Positions 18,529 through 32,467 of a stretch of 64,000 nt of DNA are shown one piece after another. A model generated the notes under the pieces. It was not told the DNA's origin. It made no database searches and was given only the letters and a program-made list of their open reading frames with translations. This DNA comes from the human T2T-CHM13v2.0 reference genome, Homo sapiens, in assembly GCF_009914755.1 (NCBI RefSeq), contig NC_060928.1; one strand, 5' to 3'. The position numbers and the translations under genes were made by a program. How positions within the stretch are numbered: the first letter of the stretch is position 1; each line of letters opens with the position of its first letter.

Positions 18529-18686
18529 ATAATATACTGTGTTTTTGTATTTTCCATATATATTTTTGGTCTAAATTTATTTAGGGAAAAGCACTTAGTT
18601 ACATTAACTGATAGTTAATATTTTATATATTGTAAAGCCTCCTTTGCTCTAAACCAGGGAGAGGAAGAAGAGCCCATGGTGCATGT

Positions 18687-18761
<75 letters not shown>

Positions 18762-18844
18762 AAAAGAAAGGAAGGAAGGAAGGAAGGAAGGAAGGAAGGA
18801 AGGAAGGAAGGAAGGAAGGAAGGAAGGCAGGCAGGCAGGCAGGC
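18687..18844 (+). repeat. Compound microsatellite (AG)n(GAAA)n(GGAA)n(GGCA)n
   Basis: Directly visible, about 140 nt of uninterrupted purines. Confidence 0.95.
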
Positions 18845-20064
18845 TGGGATTTGAGAAGCAAGTAAGCAAAACATCATGTTGTACACCATAAATATACATA
18901 ATTTAACTTGTCAATTAAAAATAAAATTTAAAAAAGAAGTCAGTGGAGAGCTGGGAGGTTATATTTCATGAAAGCTAAGAAAAGAAAGCTCCCAAATGAA
19001 GGCTAAAAGCCAATAAAAATCAGGGAGGATGAGAACTGAAGAAATATTCAACCTTACCCCACTTTTTGGTGCCTTCCATCCCAAATCTATTCTTTCCATC
19101 TCAGTCTCACTCCCAAATCGCAAGTTAAGGCTGTATTTTGTACCTACCTGAGTGATAGAACCAGTGAAAGAATGCATTAGTAAAATTAGGGGAAAGAAAA
19201 TAAATGGAAAGAAGATACCCATCAGACCAGTCAAATATTTTATCTTTCAATTTGCTGGAAAAAATTACACAATCTGTTTAAGCATGTACAAACTGTTTAT
19301 AGACACTGTGCTCATTCTGTGCTCAAGGCACAAATGACTGACAGACTGAGAAGCAGACTGCCCTCCTGCTCTACAAAGGAGAGGGAGGAGGCCCTTCATA
19401 TGTCAAGGTCTTCTGCATACACAGAAGGTCCTTCAGCACTTTATTGGGTCTACAAGTCATCTGTCACTCTTCCTCCTAATATATATCACCATTGCTTCCA
19501 TCCAATTACCCTGTCTATAAAATAATACGTCTATGACTACTTTAACATTTTCTGCCAGAAGAATGTTTATACTCTTGACAAAGCAGCATCTGTTTTACTT
19601 CAATGATACTAAAAAGATTCCCTCTGTGCTCTCACTCATTGCTGGTAAAAATGGTACACCACAGAGGGTGTCTGGCAATATCTAGGAAAATTAGCGATCC
19701 TGCTTCTAGGATTCTGAATCCATGGCCCTCTGGACATGGTTTTATTGACATTGGCTCATGAATTATACACATGCTGTACCCTACACAAGTACTTATGTAC
19801 CTGTCCATCTGTGCCAGAGTGAGTGGCATGACAGCCAGGTCCTATTTTCCTCTCCATCTCTAGGAGACCTGGCATAGTCTCACGCTGCAGCATATTGGAA
19901 GAGCTCGTTAAATACTTACTGAATAAATGTATGAATCAAAGAATGAACCAATGTCAACACACTGGTGCTATGGAAATATTCTCTCTGTCTCCGTCATATG
20001 TCACGTATCTCCAGGTGAACATTGGTAAAAATCTTACTGAAATGACCCCTTTATACTTAGTTCA

Positions 20065-20487
<423 letters not shown>

Positions 20488-20635
20488 TCAGAAATCCAAA
20501 CTTAGATAACTTGCAAGTATTTGTGTACATCCTTCTACTCTTTTATTTTTCTTTTAAGCAGTCCATTTATTTCATGATTGTTTGTTAAATCAATAGGATT
20601 TTTTTCTTTCATTATTTTTTCTTTTTAAAGGAATC

Positions 20636-20947
20636 AGACCAGGTGCAGTGCCTCATGCCTGTAATTCCAGCAATTTGGGAGGCTGAATTGGGAGGATTGC
20701 TTAAGACCAGGAGTTTAACAACAGCCTGAGCAACATAGAGAGACCCTGGTCTCTACAAAAAAAAAAAAAAAAAAAGTACAAAAATTAGCTGAATGTGGTG
20801 GTACACACCTGTAGTCCCAGCTACTCGGGAGGCTGAGGCAGGAGGATGGCTTGAGCTCAGGAGTTTGAGGCTGCAGTGAGCTATGCTCACACCACAACAC
20901 TCCAGCTTTGGGGACAGAAGGAGGCCCTGTCTCTAAAAATAAAAAAA
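20636..20947 (+). mobile_element. AluJ
   Basis: Diverged dimer with a long A linker. Confidence 0.85.
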
Positions 20948-21387
20948 GGAACCTTATAATATACCTTACTCTGCAACTTGTTTGCTTTTTTTCCCACTTC
21001 ATCTATCACAGACATCCTCTCAGACCAATACATTTAAACTTATTCTTTTAAAGAACTGCGAAATATGCCATAATCTAAATATGCCATAATTTCTTCAATC
21101 ACTTCATTAACCATAGGTCAGTTGCTTTTAGTTTTTTGCCATTATAAATAATGTTATAATAAACACTCTCATACATACTTCACTTGAAATGATTCTTTTC
21201 TTTCTGTGAATTCCCAAGGTGGAATTGCTATGTAAAAGTCTGTGTTTTTTGTTTTAATATATACTTTCAGACTACTTTCCAAAAAGATTGCTACATTTCA
21301 CAATCTTGCCTACTCCGGATGTGATCAGTCCCTTCTAATTGTCATGCCAGCATTGAAAAATTGATCTCACTCTTGTTACACTCTTAT

Positions 21388-21701
21388 TTTTTTTTTTATT
21401 TTTTTTTTTTAGCTGGAGCTCACTCTGTCACCCAGTCTGGAGTGCAGTGGCCTGATCTTGACTCACTGCAAGCTCCGCCTCCCAGGTTCAAGCAATTCTC
21501 TCTGCCCCAGCCTCTGGAATAGGTGGGATTACAGGTACCCGCCACCACACCAGGCTAATTTTTTTTTTTTTTTTAATTTTTAGTAGAGATGGGTTTTACC
21601 ATGTTGGCCAAGCTGGTCTCGAACTCCGGACCTCAGGTGATCCACCCACCTTGGCCTCCCAAAGTGTTGGGATTACAGGCGTGAGCCACTGCACCCAGCC
21701 G
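21388..21701 (-). mobile_element. AluS within antisense L1M relics (about 21000-22390)
   Basis: Antisense dimer; ACACTCT on both flanks. Confidence 0.85.
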
Positions 21702-23888
21702 ACACTCTGGATTCTATCAGGTTGTGCTTTCTTTCATGTCAAGTGGCTTCTTCTGTGTCCTCCTCTCTAAACAATCTTGCTTGTCAGACTTCTTCTCAAC
21801 TTGTAGGAGTTCTTTTAAAATTAGGGCTCATATTACCATGAATAATACAAGTATTTTTTCCAAGCATGGTGTATATCTTTGACTTTGCTTATGACTTGCC
21901 ATAATTAACATTTATATAGTCAGAGCTGTTTTTTTAATGGCTTCTGAGTTTCTTATCTTAAAGACCTACCCTGATCCGAGGGCATTCAAATATTGTCTTC
22001 TACTTTTTACTTTTATGCTTATATTTTCAACTGACTTAAAATTTATATTTTGCATGGTAACAGGTATGAGACTAATCCATTTTTTCTATTAATATATTGA
22101 GATGCAAGTGTGTCAATATAATCTACTAAAATAAACCATTTTCCACTATACTGAAGTGTCACCTTTATCATTTATTAAATGCCCAAGTGTACACAAAATA
22201 TTTTCTGGAAATTCTCTTCTAGCTCATTGATAAATAACTTTCTTTTTTCCTGAACAAATACTAGACTAATTACAGTGTTCTCATATATGGTAGGGCAAAT
22301 ACCTCCACATAAATTTCCCTTTTCAAACTTGTCTTAGCAGTTCTTGCTTATATTTTATTCCATATGAAACCCAAAATTATTTTATCCTATTAAGAATGCT
22401 TACTTTAAGCAAAGATTTCTTCCTGACTAGTAGGCAATTTAAAAGAAAAAAAGCAGTTTGCCACAGCTCTCAAACCTCTGTATCCACAAAGAGGCTGTTT
22501 AGAAAGTTTTTTCCAAATTCTTAGTCTATGATAGTGCTACATTCCTTGACTCTCCATATTACTAAGTCCTGAATGGAATTCCATATTATATCACTTTACT
22601 CTTGAACTTCTGGAGAACCAGCACAACATTTCTCTACTGAATGGCTTTGGCTCAAACAGCAGAAAGGTAAGACTCATGATTATGGGAAGCAAAGTGAGAT
22701 TTATATCCGACTGATTCTATATCCTTGATTACCTATGTGATTGCTTCCATGTTTATACAATTTTCAAGCCCATGGTGATCATGATATTGGTCAAGGATGG
22801 CAAGAGGTTATCCTGGTGCTCTGCCAACTGTTACAAATACCAGCAAAGGTGGAAAAGCACACAGTGAATGCCTGTGAGTACAGTGGAAAGTCACGCCTTG
22901 TATTTTTAGCCATGAAATTCCAATGTAGCATAAACAGAGGATGTGGCTAAGTAAGTCTCTTGACTTTTCATGTATAGGAAAATTTTTGGCAAAATCTAAC
23001 TTCAGTATAACAAGATTCCACTTGCATTGAGAAGAATAGCATCATCATCTCCAAACTATTACAGAAAATAATGAGACATATTCAGCAAGTCTAGACAAAC
23101 AGGTCAGTCTTGAACCCTCCCTTAAAGCAGGGAAATTACATATATACACATTACATTAAAATGCAGTGTCAATAACATTTTGCAATTGGAGATTAAGTTA
23201 TTATAAATTGTTTTAATTTCAAAAATCCCATAAAATCAGGAACTCTGACCCTCAAAACTATGAAAGTATACACTTGCTTTCCGACTGAAAGAAATAAAAA
23301 ATTATCCAGCTAACCAGATGGACACGGAGTGAGCTATAAGATCATACCAACAGATTTGACCCTAGAATAGAGCGTAAGGCCCGATTTTCCATCCCTCAAT
23401 ATAAATGTTACCCTTGTCTGCTGCCTTCCAATAATAATGAGTATTTATTGAGCACTATGTGCTAGGTGTTATGTCTCATGCTTTTATATACATTTTCTCT
23501 TTTCATCTACATAATAACTCTATGTGTGAGTATTATTTTCATTGTATAGATAAGGAAATTAAAGTACATAGAGACATGGAAGCTTGCATGAAGTCTCATG
23601 AATTCAGTCTCCGTTCTGTCTCCAAAGCCTTAAATGCAAAGGACCTTCAGTTTTCCACCAAGACATGTCAGATAGACCTGAACAATTTGAAGTTCTATTT
23701 CCAGGTTCTCTACTGAAGGACTAAGAACTTCTTTAAAGTTCAAAGGTCAAAGTTGGCCACTGAGCTCCACAGGCTCCAACACCACCAGTGGTCAGAATCC
23801 TTTGTCTGCAGCTGAGGACATAAATACATCCTTACGGAAGAATGGACCTCTTGTATATATCAAAAGTTCTCAAACAAAGATAGTGGGA

Positions 23889-24181
23889 GGCCAGGCGTAA
23901 GTGGCCCACACCTGTAATCCCAGCACTTTGGAAACCCTAGGTGGGAGGATTGCTTGAGCCCAGGAGTTCAAGACCAGCCTGGGCAACATAGTGAGACCTC
24001 ATCTCTGTAATAAAAAATAAAAAATTAGCTGGGTATGATGGCGCATGCCTATAGTCCCAGCTGCGCTGCTCAGAAGGCTGAGGTGAGAGGATCACTTGAC
24101 CCCAGAAGGCCAAGACTTCAGTGAGCCATGATTGTACCACTGCACTCCAGTCTGATGACAGAGTCTAAGACCCTGTCTCAA

Positions 24182-24213
<32 letters not shown>
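23889..24213 (+). mobile_element. AluJ
   Basis: Dimer; TSD AAGA(T/C)AGTGGGA. Confidence 0.85.
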
Positions 24214-24215
<2 letters not shown>

Positions 24216-24262
24216 CAAGACAGTGGGAGCTGTCCTGAGTTGCATCAATAAATGGACACCTC

Positions 24263-24592
<330 letters not shown>

Positions 24593-25318
24593 TGGACCTC
24601 TTTTGAGGGTTGTTTTTGTAATACACACAGGCAATCGGAAACTGTCATTCACACATTCACTCATGTTTACCGAGTGCCTACCACTACCTGGCTGGTACTG
24701 TGCAAGCAAAGATGAGCAAGCCTTCCAGGAGCTTACAGATATAGTAGGTGAGGCAGACAAGTAGCCCAGCTATTGCAATGCTTTCCAACAGATGATAAGG
24801 AAGAGTTACATAATTCGGATTATGGGGACAGACAAGAGAAACATTTCTGGGCAGTAGTTTCAGGAGAAACTACGGTAGAGGAAGGGGGACATTTGGACTT
24901 CATATTTTGCTTTGCTTTTCCTATAGTCACAAAATACTTAATATTTAACCTCAGATCCACTCCTAAGCATACACTCAAGGGAAATGAAAGCTGAGACTCA
25001 ACAGTATTATTCACAATTGCCAAAAAGTGGAAATAATTCAATTGTCCGTTGATGGATGAATAGATAAAACATGACACATATATATTATGATATATCATTA
25101 TATACAGGGTTAGGGTTAGGCATGCAGCTCCTTGAGCAGGGACTAAAACACAGACCCAGGACACGATGTTCTTTTGCCTGCCTTATATAATAATAATAAT
25201 AGTTCATATCACATTTTATGCCAAGTGAGATTCTAAGCACTTTAGAAATATTAACTCATTCAATCCTCTCAACAGCTCATGATGTAGGAATGCTTCTCAT
25301 TTTAGAAGTGAGGAAACT

Positions 25319-25683
<365 letters not shown>

Positions 25684-26122
25684 TCAGTAAGTGATGGGTC
25701 TGCTTGCTGTTTCCAGAGCCCTTAACTACTACACCGTACTGCCAGATCTTAATTTTCATGTTCTACCCTCAAAGGTAGGAATTCTGTCCATCTCTAGTAG
25801 GATATATTGGGGAAAAAAATGCCCCCTATTCTTCACCCCTCCCTTATCCATGTCCGCTGTAATGTGACTTGGAAGTTCAGCCCATCAAGAGGCAAAATCG
25901 ACTTTCCTAATCCATGAAGCTGGACTGGCCTTGCAGTCTGCATTGGCCAATGGAATGTGGTGGAAGGAAGAGGATCTGGTTTAAAGCCAACACTTCAAAA
26001 GACCTTTTCTGCTTTGCCTTTCTGAGAACCCTGCTGCTGCCATGTAATCAGGTCTAGGCTAGTCTACTAGAAAATGAGAGATCATGTAGTAAGAGAGCCC
26101 AGTTGTCCAGGTTGAAGCCACC

Positions 26123-26496
26123 TGCATTAGTCCATTTTCACACTGCTGTAAAGAAATACCCAAGCCTGCGTAATTTATAAAGGAAAGGGATTTGATTGAC
26201 TCACAGTTCCACATGGTTGGGGAGGTCTCAGGAAACTTACAAACATGGCAGAAGGTGAAGGGGAAGCAAGGACCTTCTTCACAAGGCAGCAAGAGAGAGA
26301 AGAAGAACAAAGGAGGAACTTCCAAACACTTATAAAACCATCACTCACTATCATTAGAACAGCATGGGGGAAATCAACCCCATGACCTGATCACTTCCCT
26401 CCCTTGACACTTGGGGATTCCAGGCCCCTCCCTAGACACACGGGAATTACAATTCGAGATGAGAATTGGGTGGGGACACAGAGCCAAACCATATCA
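26123..26496 (-). mobile_element. THE1D-like MaLR solo LTR inside an older MLT1 relic (about 25790-26580), intron 1
   Basis: Reverse complement begins TGATATGGTTTGGCTCTGTGTCCCCACCC, with TG...CA ends and a 5-bp TSD CCACC at 26118-26122 and 26497-26501. Confidence 0.88.
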
Positions 26497-27859
26497 CCAC
26501 CCAAGACCAGTCTACATTTAACCAACCCCAAAATATGTAAAAGAACCCAGCCATGATCAGCCAAACTCGGCCCAGAGGCAGGATAATTTTTAAGGCTCTT
26601 CATACATATCAGCCAACTGCTTTCTAGGATGGTTATAAGGAAGAACAACATCATGACTGGAGGAGACAAAATAAGGTCAGTTGGCACTGCAGACTGTGGG
26701 AACAACATGGGCAAAAGAAAGCTGGAAGAGTGTGAGATATGCTCAGAGAACTATGAGCAGCCCATTTTGACTAAAAACCATTGTTCTTAAGGGGACTAGT
26801 GGAATAAAAGAACCTGGAGAAGTAAAGTAGACTGGCTTAGTTGTTTCTACCAATTTAGTAGGTGTTGAGAAGCCTTTGTATGTATAACATGTTCGTTTTC
26901 TCCTAACAGTACCATGCGGGTAATGTTATGATTTCCAGTTACAGAGAAGAGGCCCAAGGTCAGGATTTGAATATAGGCAATCTGGTATCAGAGCCTGCCT
27001 TATCCACTTACTGCAAAGCCGTAATGGAGAGACTAAAGGTGCAGAGAACAGCACTTTCATTGTTGTGAAAATACAATTAGCCAAGAAAGAAATTGTGAGG
27101 GCCTGACCTGAGGAAGTGTTAGTGGAGACCAACAGGAAGCAAGAACTGTGAGCAACACAGCAAGAGGAAGGGCTACAGGGCTTGGCAGTGGATTGAGTGG
27201 CCATGGCGAGAATGAGGGTAGTCACAGGGCAAGGCTAAGATGACAAGCCCAGGCAACTGCAAGAGGATGGGTGTCATCAGTCATCTCATTTGCAGAACGC
27301 ACAAACCGGTTCCAACCAATGGATTCTGAAATGCCTGTGTGGGGTGAACACATGGAGAACTGCAAGTGCACTGCATGAAGCAGGAGTGAAGGCATGAGAA
27401 ACGTGCTCAAGGTCATCTGCAGGGAGCTAAATCTCCACTTCCTCGTGTGTCAAATGAAGATGTTGTGCTAACCGCTCTTGGATTTTAGCCAGCATTAACA
27501 GCAGATAAAACTCCTATCAATGACGATCCACTGAGTTTTGCTTAAAACTGATTTTTTGTTGGTATTCAATTATGAAGAAATGTAATTACTTAGATATTGT
27601 TTCACACCGTACTTGATTTTCACCTATTTGAGTTTCTACTGAAAATTGATTTTATTACTTTTGTACCTATAAGCTTCTAAAAATCTAATATTTAGTTTTT
27701 GCTTGTTTTTTTAGTTTTGTTGGTAAGACTCAAAATCAAAATTTAGAAAGAAAAGAGGAAAAGTAGCTAATATTTATTGCACAACTACTATGTACCTGGC
27801 ACTCTGAATACACACACACACACAAATATATATTTCCTCCATAAATATAGTCTTGTGTC

Positions 27860-28210
<351 letters not shown>

Positions 28211-28862
28211 ACAGTCTTGTGAGAAATAGGTAAATTTAACCCCATTTTGCCAATGATGAGATAAGGCTTAGATAGGTTAAATAATTTGAACAAAGTTAAA
28301 GGTGAATTAAAGATAAGAGTTGGCAAAAGAAAGTAAAAGTAGCTTTATCTTTCATAGGTTTCCTGTTCATTGGTGTTTTTATGACAACATTGACTAATAA
28401 GAGATTAAGGTAATAAATGTTCTCTTTCCCAGAACACAAGTGTTTGAGAACACTGAAGATTTATGCTGCTATTCAAAACAGAAGATCTAGTTGTGTTGCT
28501 AAATGCCATGGGGGAAATGTGCCTAAACTGCAGACTGATGTAAAACAGATGAGAATTCAAATCTGAGTTCTGCCATACTGGTTTGTAGCATTTGGCAAGC
28601 TACTTAACCAATCTGAATCACAATTTTCTCAGCTGTAAAATTCAGAACAATAAAAGGCCATTTACAAGGTTATTATGAGCCCCAAGAAGAAAATAAGCAT
28701 GAAAGCATCTATCCCATGCCTATGGGGCACTTAATAAATATTAGTTTCCTTTTTCTTTCCAAAAACTTTTAGGTCCTGGAATTTAGCTCTGATTTATGAA
28801 CTTCATGCAAAGAATATCTATCATTTCCCAGTTAAATAATCAACTTTACTGAATTTGAATTA

Positions 28863-28966
28863 GCAATGTATATTAATGGCTTTTACCATTAAGGTAAAAC
28901 ACAAAAGCAGTGTATATTAGTGGCTTTGTATATGAGTGGCTTTTACCATTAAGGTAAAACACAAAA
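28863..28966 (+). repeat. Imperfect short tandem duplication
   Basis: TGGCTTTTACCATTAAGGTAAAACACAAAA occurs twice and TGTATATnaRTGGCTT three times. Confidence 0.85.
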
Positions 28967-30160
28967 TTCATCAAGTTATTTTTTTTTCAAATCTCTCATA
29001 AGTGGGTAAACAAAAACACTGCCTTGGGAAAGTTAGTTCCTATTCTGCATGGTATGAGCCCATTAAAATTTATAGGTGAAATATGTTCCATACGCTAAAC
29101 ATTCAGCACAAGCGGAAAACTGGAAACACATACCTGCAGCTGACTCTCACTGATGTCAACTCCCAGCTCAGTCATTACCTCTGATTCATTCATTCATGGT
29201 AAAGTGAATCTCAACTAAATGACATACACATGAAACAAATACTTAAATTTATAAGCAGTTCTTCCCCAGGGCAGGAAGTGAAACGGCATGTTCACAAGTA
29301 AGCAAAGAGTCTCGAGAGACCATTGTTTTTAGCTCTTTTTCCAGTGCTATCCCTCTACTCTTTCCTCAAATGCTCTTTTTTTCCCCCATCAAAACATGTA
29401 ATCCAGAAAAGCATGTGACTAATTCATCCTCATTAAAGTGTAAATAAGGGACAAGGCTTAATGTCTCCCAGAGGTATTTATCTACACCATAATTGGGAAT
29501 AAGGTCACTGGCTTAAAGGGAAGGAATGCGAATCTAGTGATGATGTTAACGATCTGCAAAGCAACAAGAAAGAACAATTTTAGTCCTGAGAGCCTTCGCA
29601 TTGCTCCTGAAGTCAAATCGACAAGCCATCTCAGCACTTAAAGCTGGATATGGCCACCAGACACCCCTAAAGCTCCTTTATCCAGTCCTCTAAAGTGCTT
29701 CTTTCCTAAAGTAGGTGCTCAGGCATCACTGACTGGAGCTACGGGAGTCTCATTCTGACTATGCCACTGACACAACCACGACGGCTGCTACCAAACCACA
29801 ATCGTTAGCTTCTTGGGATTCTTGGTTTAAGTCCTAGGAGTTGCTAAAGAGGCCAGTGTAGGTAAGAATGAGCTCAAGCTTAGGAAGGGCCACTGGGTGA
29901 GGTGCAGACCTGCCTCCACTGCTCAGAACACATCCCACTGCTCAGAACAGTAGCCAATAAAGCAAATGATCATCAGCAAAGTAACTTTTGAGCACTGAAA
30001 GGAAAGCCCACCCATGGCTGAACAAGTCTCTGTGATATTTGTAACATTTCCCACTAGAATCTCTACCAAAAGATTAGAAGAGTGTTTAACACAAGAGTTT
30101 CAGTTATTCCCCCTAGGCAGGATAAGAGACAGACTGCTGAGCTTCCCTGGGGTTACTTAC

Positions 30161-30537
30161 CTGAGATCCATATCTCCATCAACCCAGAAGGTGAAAACGT
30201 TAGAGATGGTGCCCCCCGGGCAGCAGCCCATGATGAGAACAGCAATAGCTTGGACTGGCTTCAGAGAAAAGCTAATGGCCAGGAGATAAGCTGTAAAAGG
30301 CATGAGCCCAAACTGGCAGAGCAGTCCCACAGCAATGCCCCAGGGTCTCCTGATGTGCGACCACAGCTTCCGGATCTCCACGGAACATCCCAAAGAGAAC
30401 ATGAGCAGCCCCATCATCACAGTGGACACCACTGTGAAAACGAGCTCCAGGTTTCCATGCACCTCCAGTCCCACTGGCAGCTCCTCCTCTGAACTGTTGG
30501 CAGGGCAGGCTGAGCTGCTGGAACAATTGGCTCTCAT
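30161..30537 (-). CDS. SLC10A6: SLC10A6 (SOAT) coding exon 1, 377 nt, starts at ATG 30537
   Basis: Translates MRANCSSSSACPANSSEEELPVGLEVHGNLELVF...GCCPGGTISNVFTFWVDGDMDL, with the SLC10 family GCCPGG/GDMDLS motifs. Donor is CAG|GTAAGT at 30161/30160. Confidence 0.98.
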
Positions 30538-30648
30538 CTCCTCATCTCCTTAAGGCAGCATTACAAATGAACATCGGCAACAATGGCTGGGCAGGTCTAT
30601 CCTGCCACATTTTGTAATAGTGCAACGAAGTCACACATGGAGAATCAT
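30534..30648 (-). promoter_or_regulatory. uAUG/uORF cluster in the putative SLC10A6 5' leader
   Basis: Minus-strand ATGs at 30648, 30638, 30610, 30574, 30561 and 30545, each opening a short frame that stops before or overlapping the main ATG. The TSS cannot be seen from sequence. Confidence 0.55.
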
Positions 30649-31972
30649 TCCAATAACTGTTGGCCAGCAAGGTGATTCATCCTAATCTGATCAATTTTTT
30701 CACAAGTGGCATTATAAAAGTAATTATCACGGGCATGAAACATATAATAAACTGTGGTAAGTAAGGCTTTCCACTTCTGTTCTTACTCACCACTGAATAT
30801 GTATGTGAGATGAGACAAACAAACTTGTTGTCAAGTGGAGTGACCGGGCTATGTCGTCAGCATCACATTGTGTCCCTGGAAAGTAGGGTGGATGCCAAGA
30901 AATAATTTCTCCAAATTCAGTTGGGATTTCAAAGAGCCAGGATGCACAGACAGAAAAGCTAACTCCGGAAAAAACAACAAAGCCAAAGCCACACCTTGTA
31001 GCATTAGCAAAGCGTGTCTGCTGGAAATAGAGCAAAAAGAAAAAAACGCCGGTGGAGGAAATGTCAGGAGGGACTAAGAATAATTTCAAGGAGCTTCAGA
31101 ATTTGTCTCAGTTTTTCTTCTAGTTCTATTAGAATTTGTGTCTAAAGTCAATAATTAAACACCTGTGAGAATAATATGGTATTAGGCACCTAATTATGTC
31201 TCATGAAACATGTGAAAACTAATTCCTTCACCCAAAATAATTCAAGGGAGCTCTCACTTGCTTTTGGAGATAAGAGTCTACTTTGAGATACATACCCCTG
31301 GCCTCCTAGGGACATCTGGGAATCCTGCAAGGGGATGTGGTAAAGAGCTTGGTCTGAAATGGAGATGGGGTCTGAGGACAGCCTCTGACCACAGTGCCCA
31401 GGGCCCCTCTGTGCATTCTAAGCAGGCACTGCTGGCAAAACCCAAGGACTGTATGGTTCTGTGAAACTAAACCTCTGAAAAAGCAGGTGCCACACCCCTT
31501 CTCACAGCAGAAAGTTTATTTGTGGGGCACAGGCTAGTAACAAGGCACACTTCATAAACGCCTCTACCTGTCTCAAGAGGGATACTAGCTATGCATTGTT
31601 TATTCTTGGATGAGCAAATTCTTCTCCATGACAGAATGCTCAGGACATGCTGACTGTATAAAAATACAAGTTAGATTCAAATGTGAAGTAAATTCTAACT
31701 ATTTGAAGAAAGAATAAACTGCCTTTGGCAAACAAACCCTGAAGGCAGCTCTGGCCATCCAGCCTCCCTGGAGGTTGCGTATAAGGGGTCAGTCAGCACA
31801 GGGCGTATTTACGCAGAGCCCTGCAGAGAATGGACACTGAGGAACGGGAAAGGTCTCTGGAAGGCAAGGTGTTCCCAGCTTGAATGATGCAGAGGTGTGG
31901 TCAGGCTGAGGAGGAAGGGAGGAGGGAGACAGCTAACATTTTCTGAGCACTTCTCAGGGGTGACAGAGGTGG

Positions 31973-32343
31973 TGATATGGTTTGGCTGTGTTTCCCCCGC
32001 ACCCAAATCTCATCTTGAATTATAGCTCTTATAATTCCCATGTGTCATGGGAAGAACCTGGTGGAAGGTCATTGAATCATGGGGGCGGGTTTCTCCCGTG
32101 CTGTTCTCATGATAGTGAATAAGTCTCTCAAGTTCTGATGGTTTGATAAAGGGGAGTTCCCCTACACACGCTCTTGCCTTTTCTGCCACCATGTAAAACG
32201 TGTCTTGCTTCCCCTTCCCCCTCTGCCATGATTGTGAGGCCTCCCCAGCCATGTGGAACTGTGAGTCAATTAAACCTTTTTCCTTTATAAATTACCCAGT
32301 CTTGGGTATGTCTTTATTAGCAGCGTAAAAACAGACCAATACA
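31973..32343 (+). mobile_element. THE1B/C-like MaLR solo LTR about 1.4 kb upstream of the SLC10A6 ATG
   Basis: TGATATGGTTTGGCTGTGT...AACAGACCAATACA, with TSD GGTGG at 31968-31972 and 32344-32348. Confidence 0.88.
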
Positions 32344-32467
32344 GGTGGCTAGGTGCTTTACACATATGTGGCTATGTCTGGTGAAGCAGAACTTTATTTA
32401 CTTATTTAGCAAGAGAAGGGGTCAGGGGTGTCTGCCTAGATAATGTCCAAAAGCCCCTTAGTCAACC

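Noticed and set aside
18615-18899. Low-complexity ORFs (PSFLPSFL / ERKKERK)
   Set aside because: Microsatellite translations.
30538-30550. AGGAG before the ATG as a Shine-Dalgarno site
   Set aside because: This is a spliced eukaryotic gene, so the resemblance is coincidental. Only the uATG consequence was kept.
30082-30553. Plus-strand ORFs (136 aa, 83 aa) antisense to exon 1
   Set aside because: Shadow frames of a GC-balanced coding exon, with no independent support.
30711-30750. TATA-like motifs upstream of SLC10A6
   Set aside because: TATAAAA reads on the plus strand, opposite to the gene, and the TSS is unknown, so a promoter cannot be supported.
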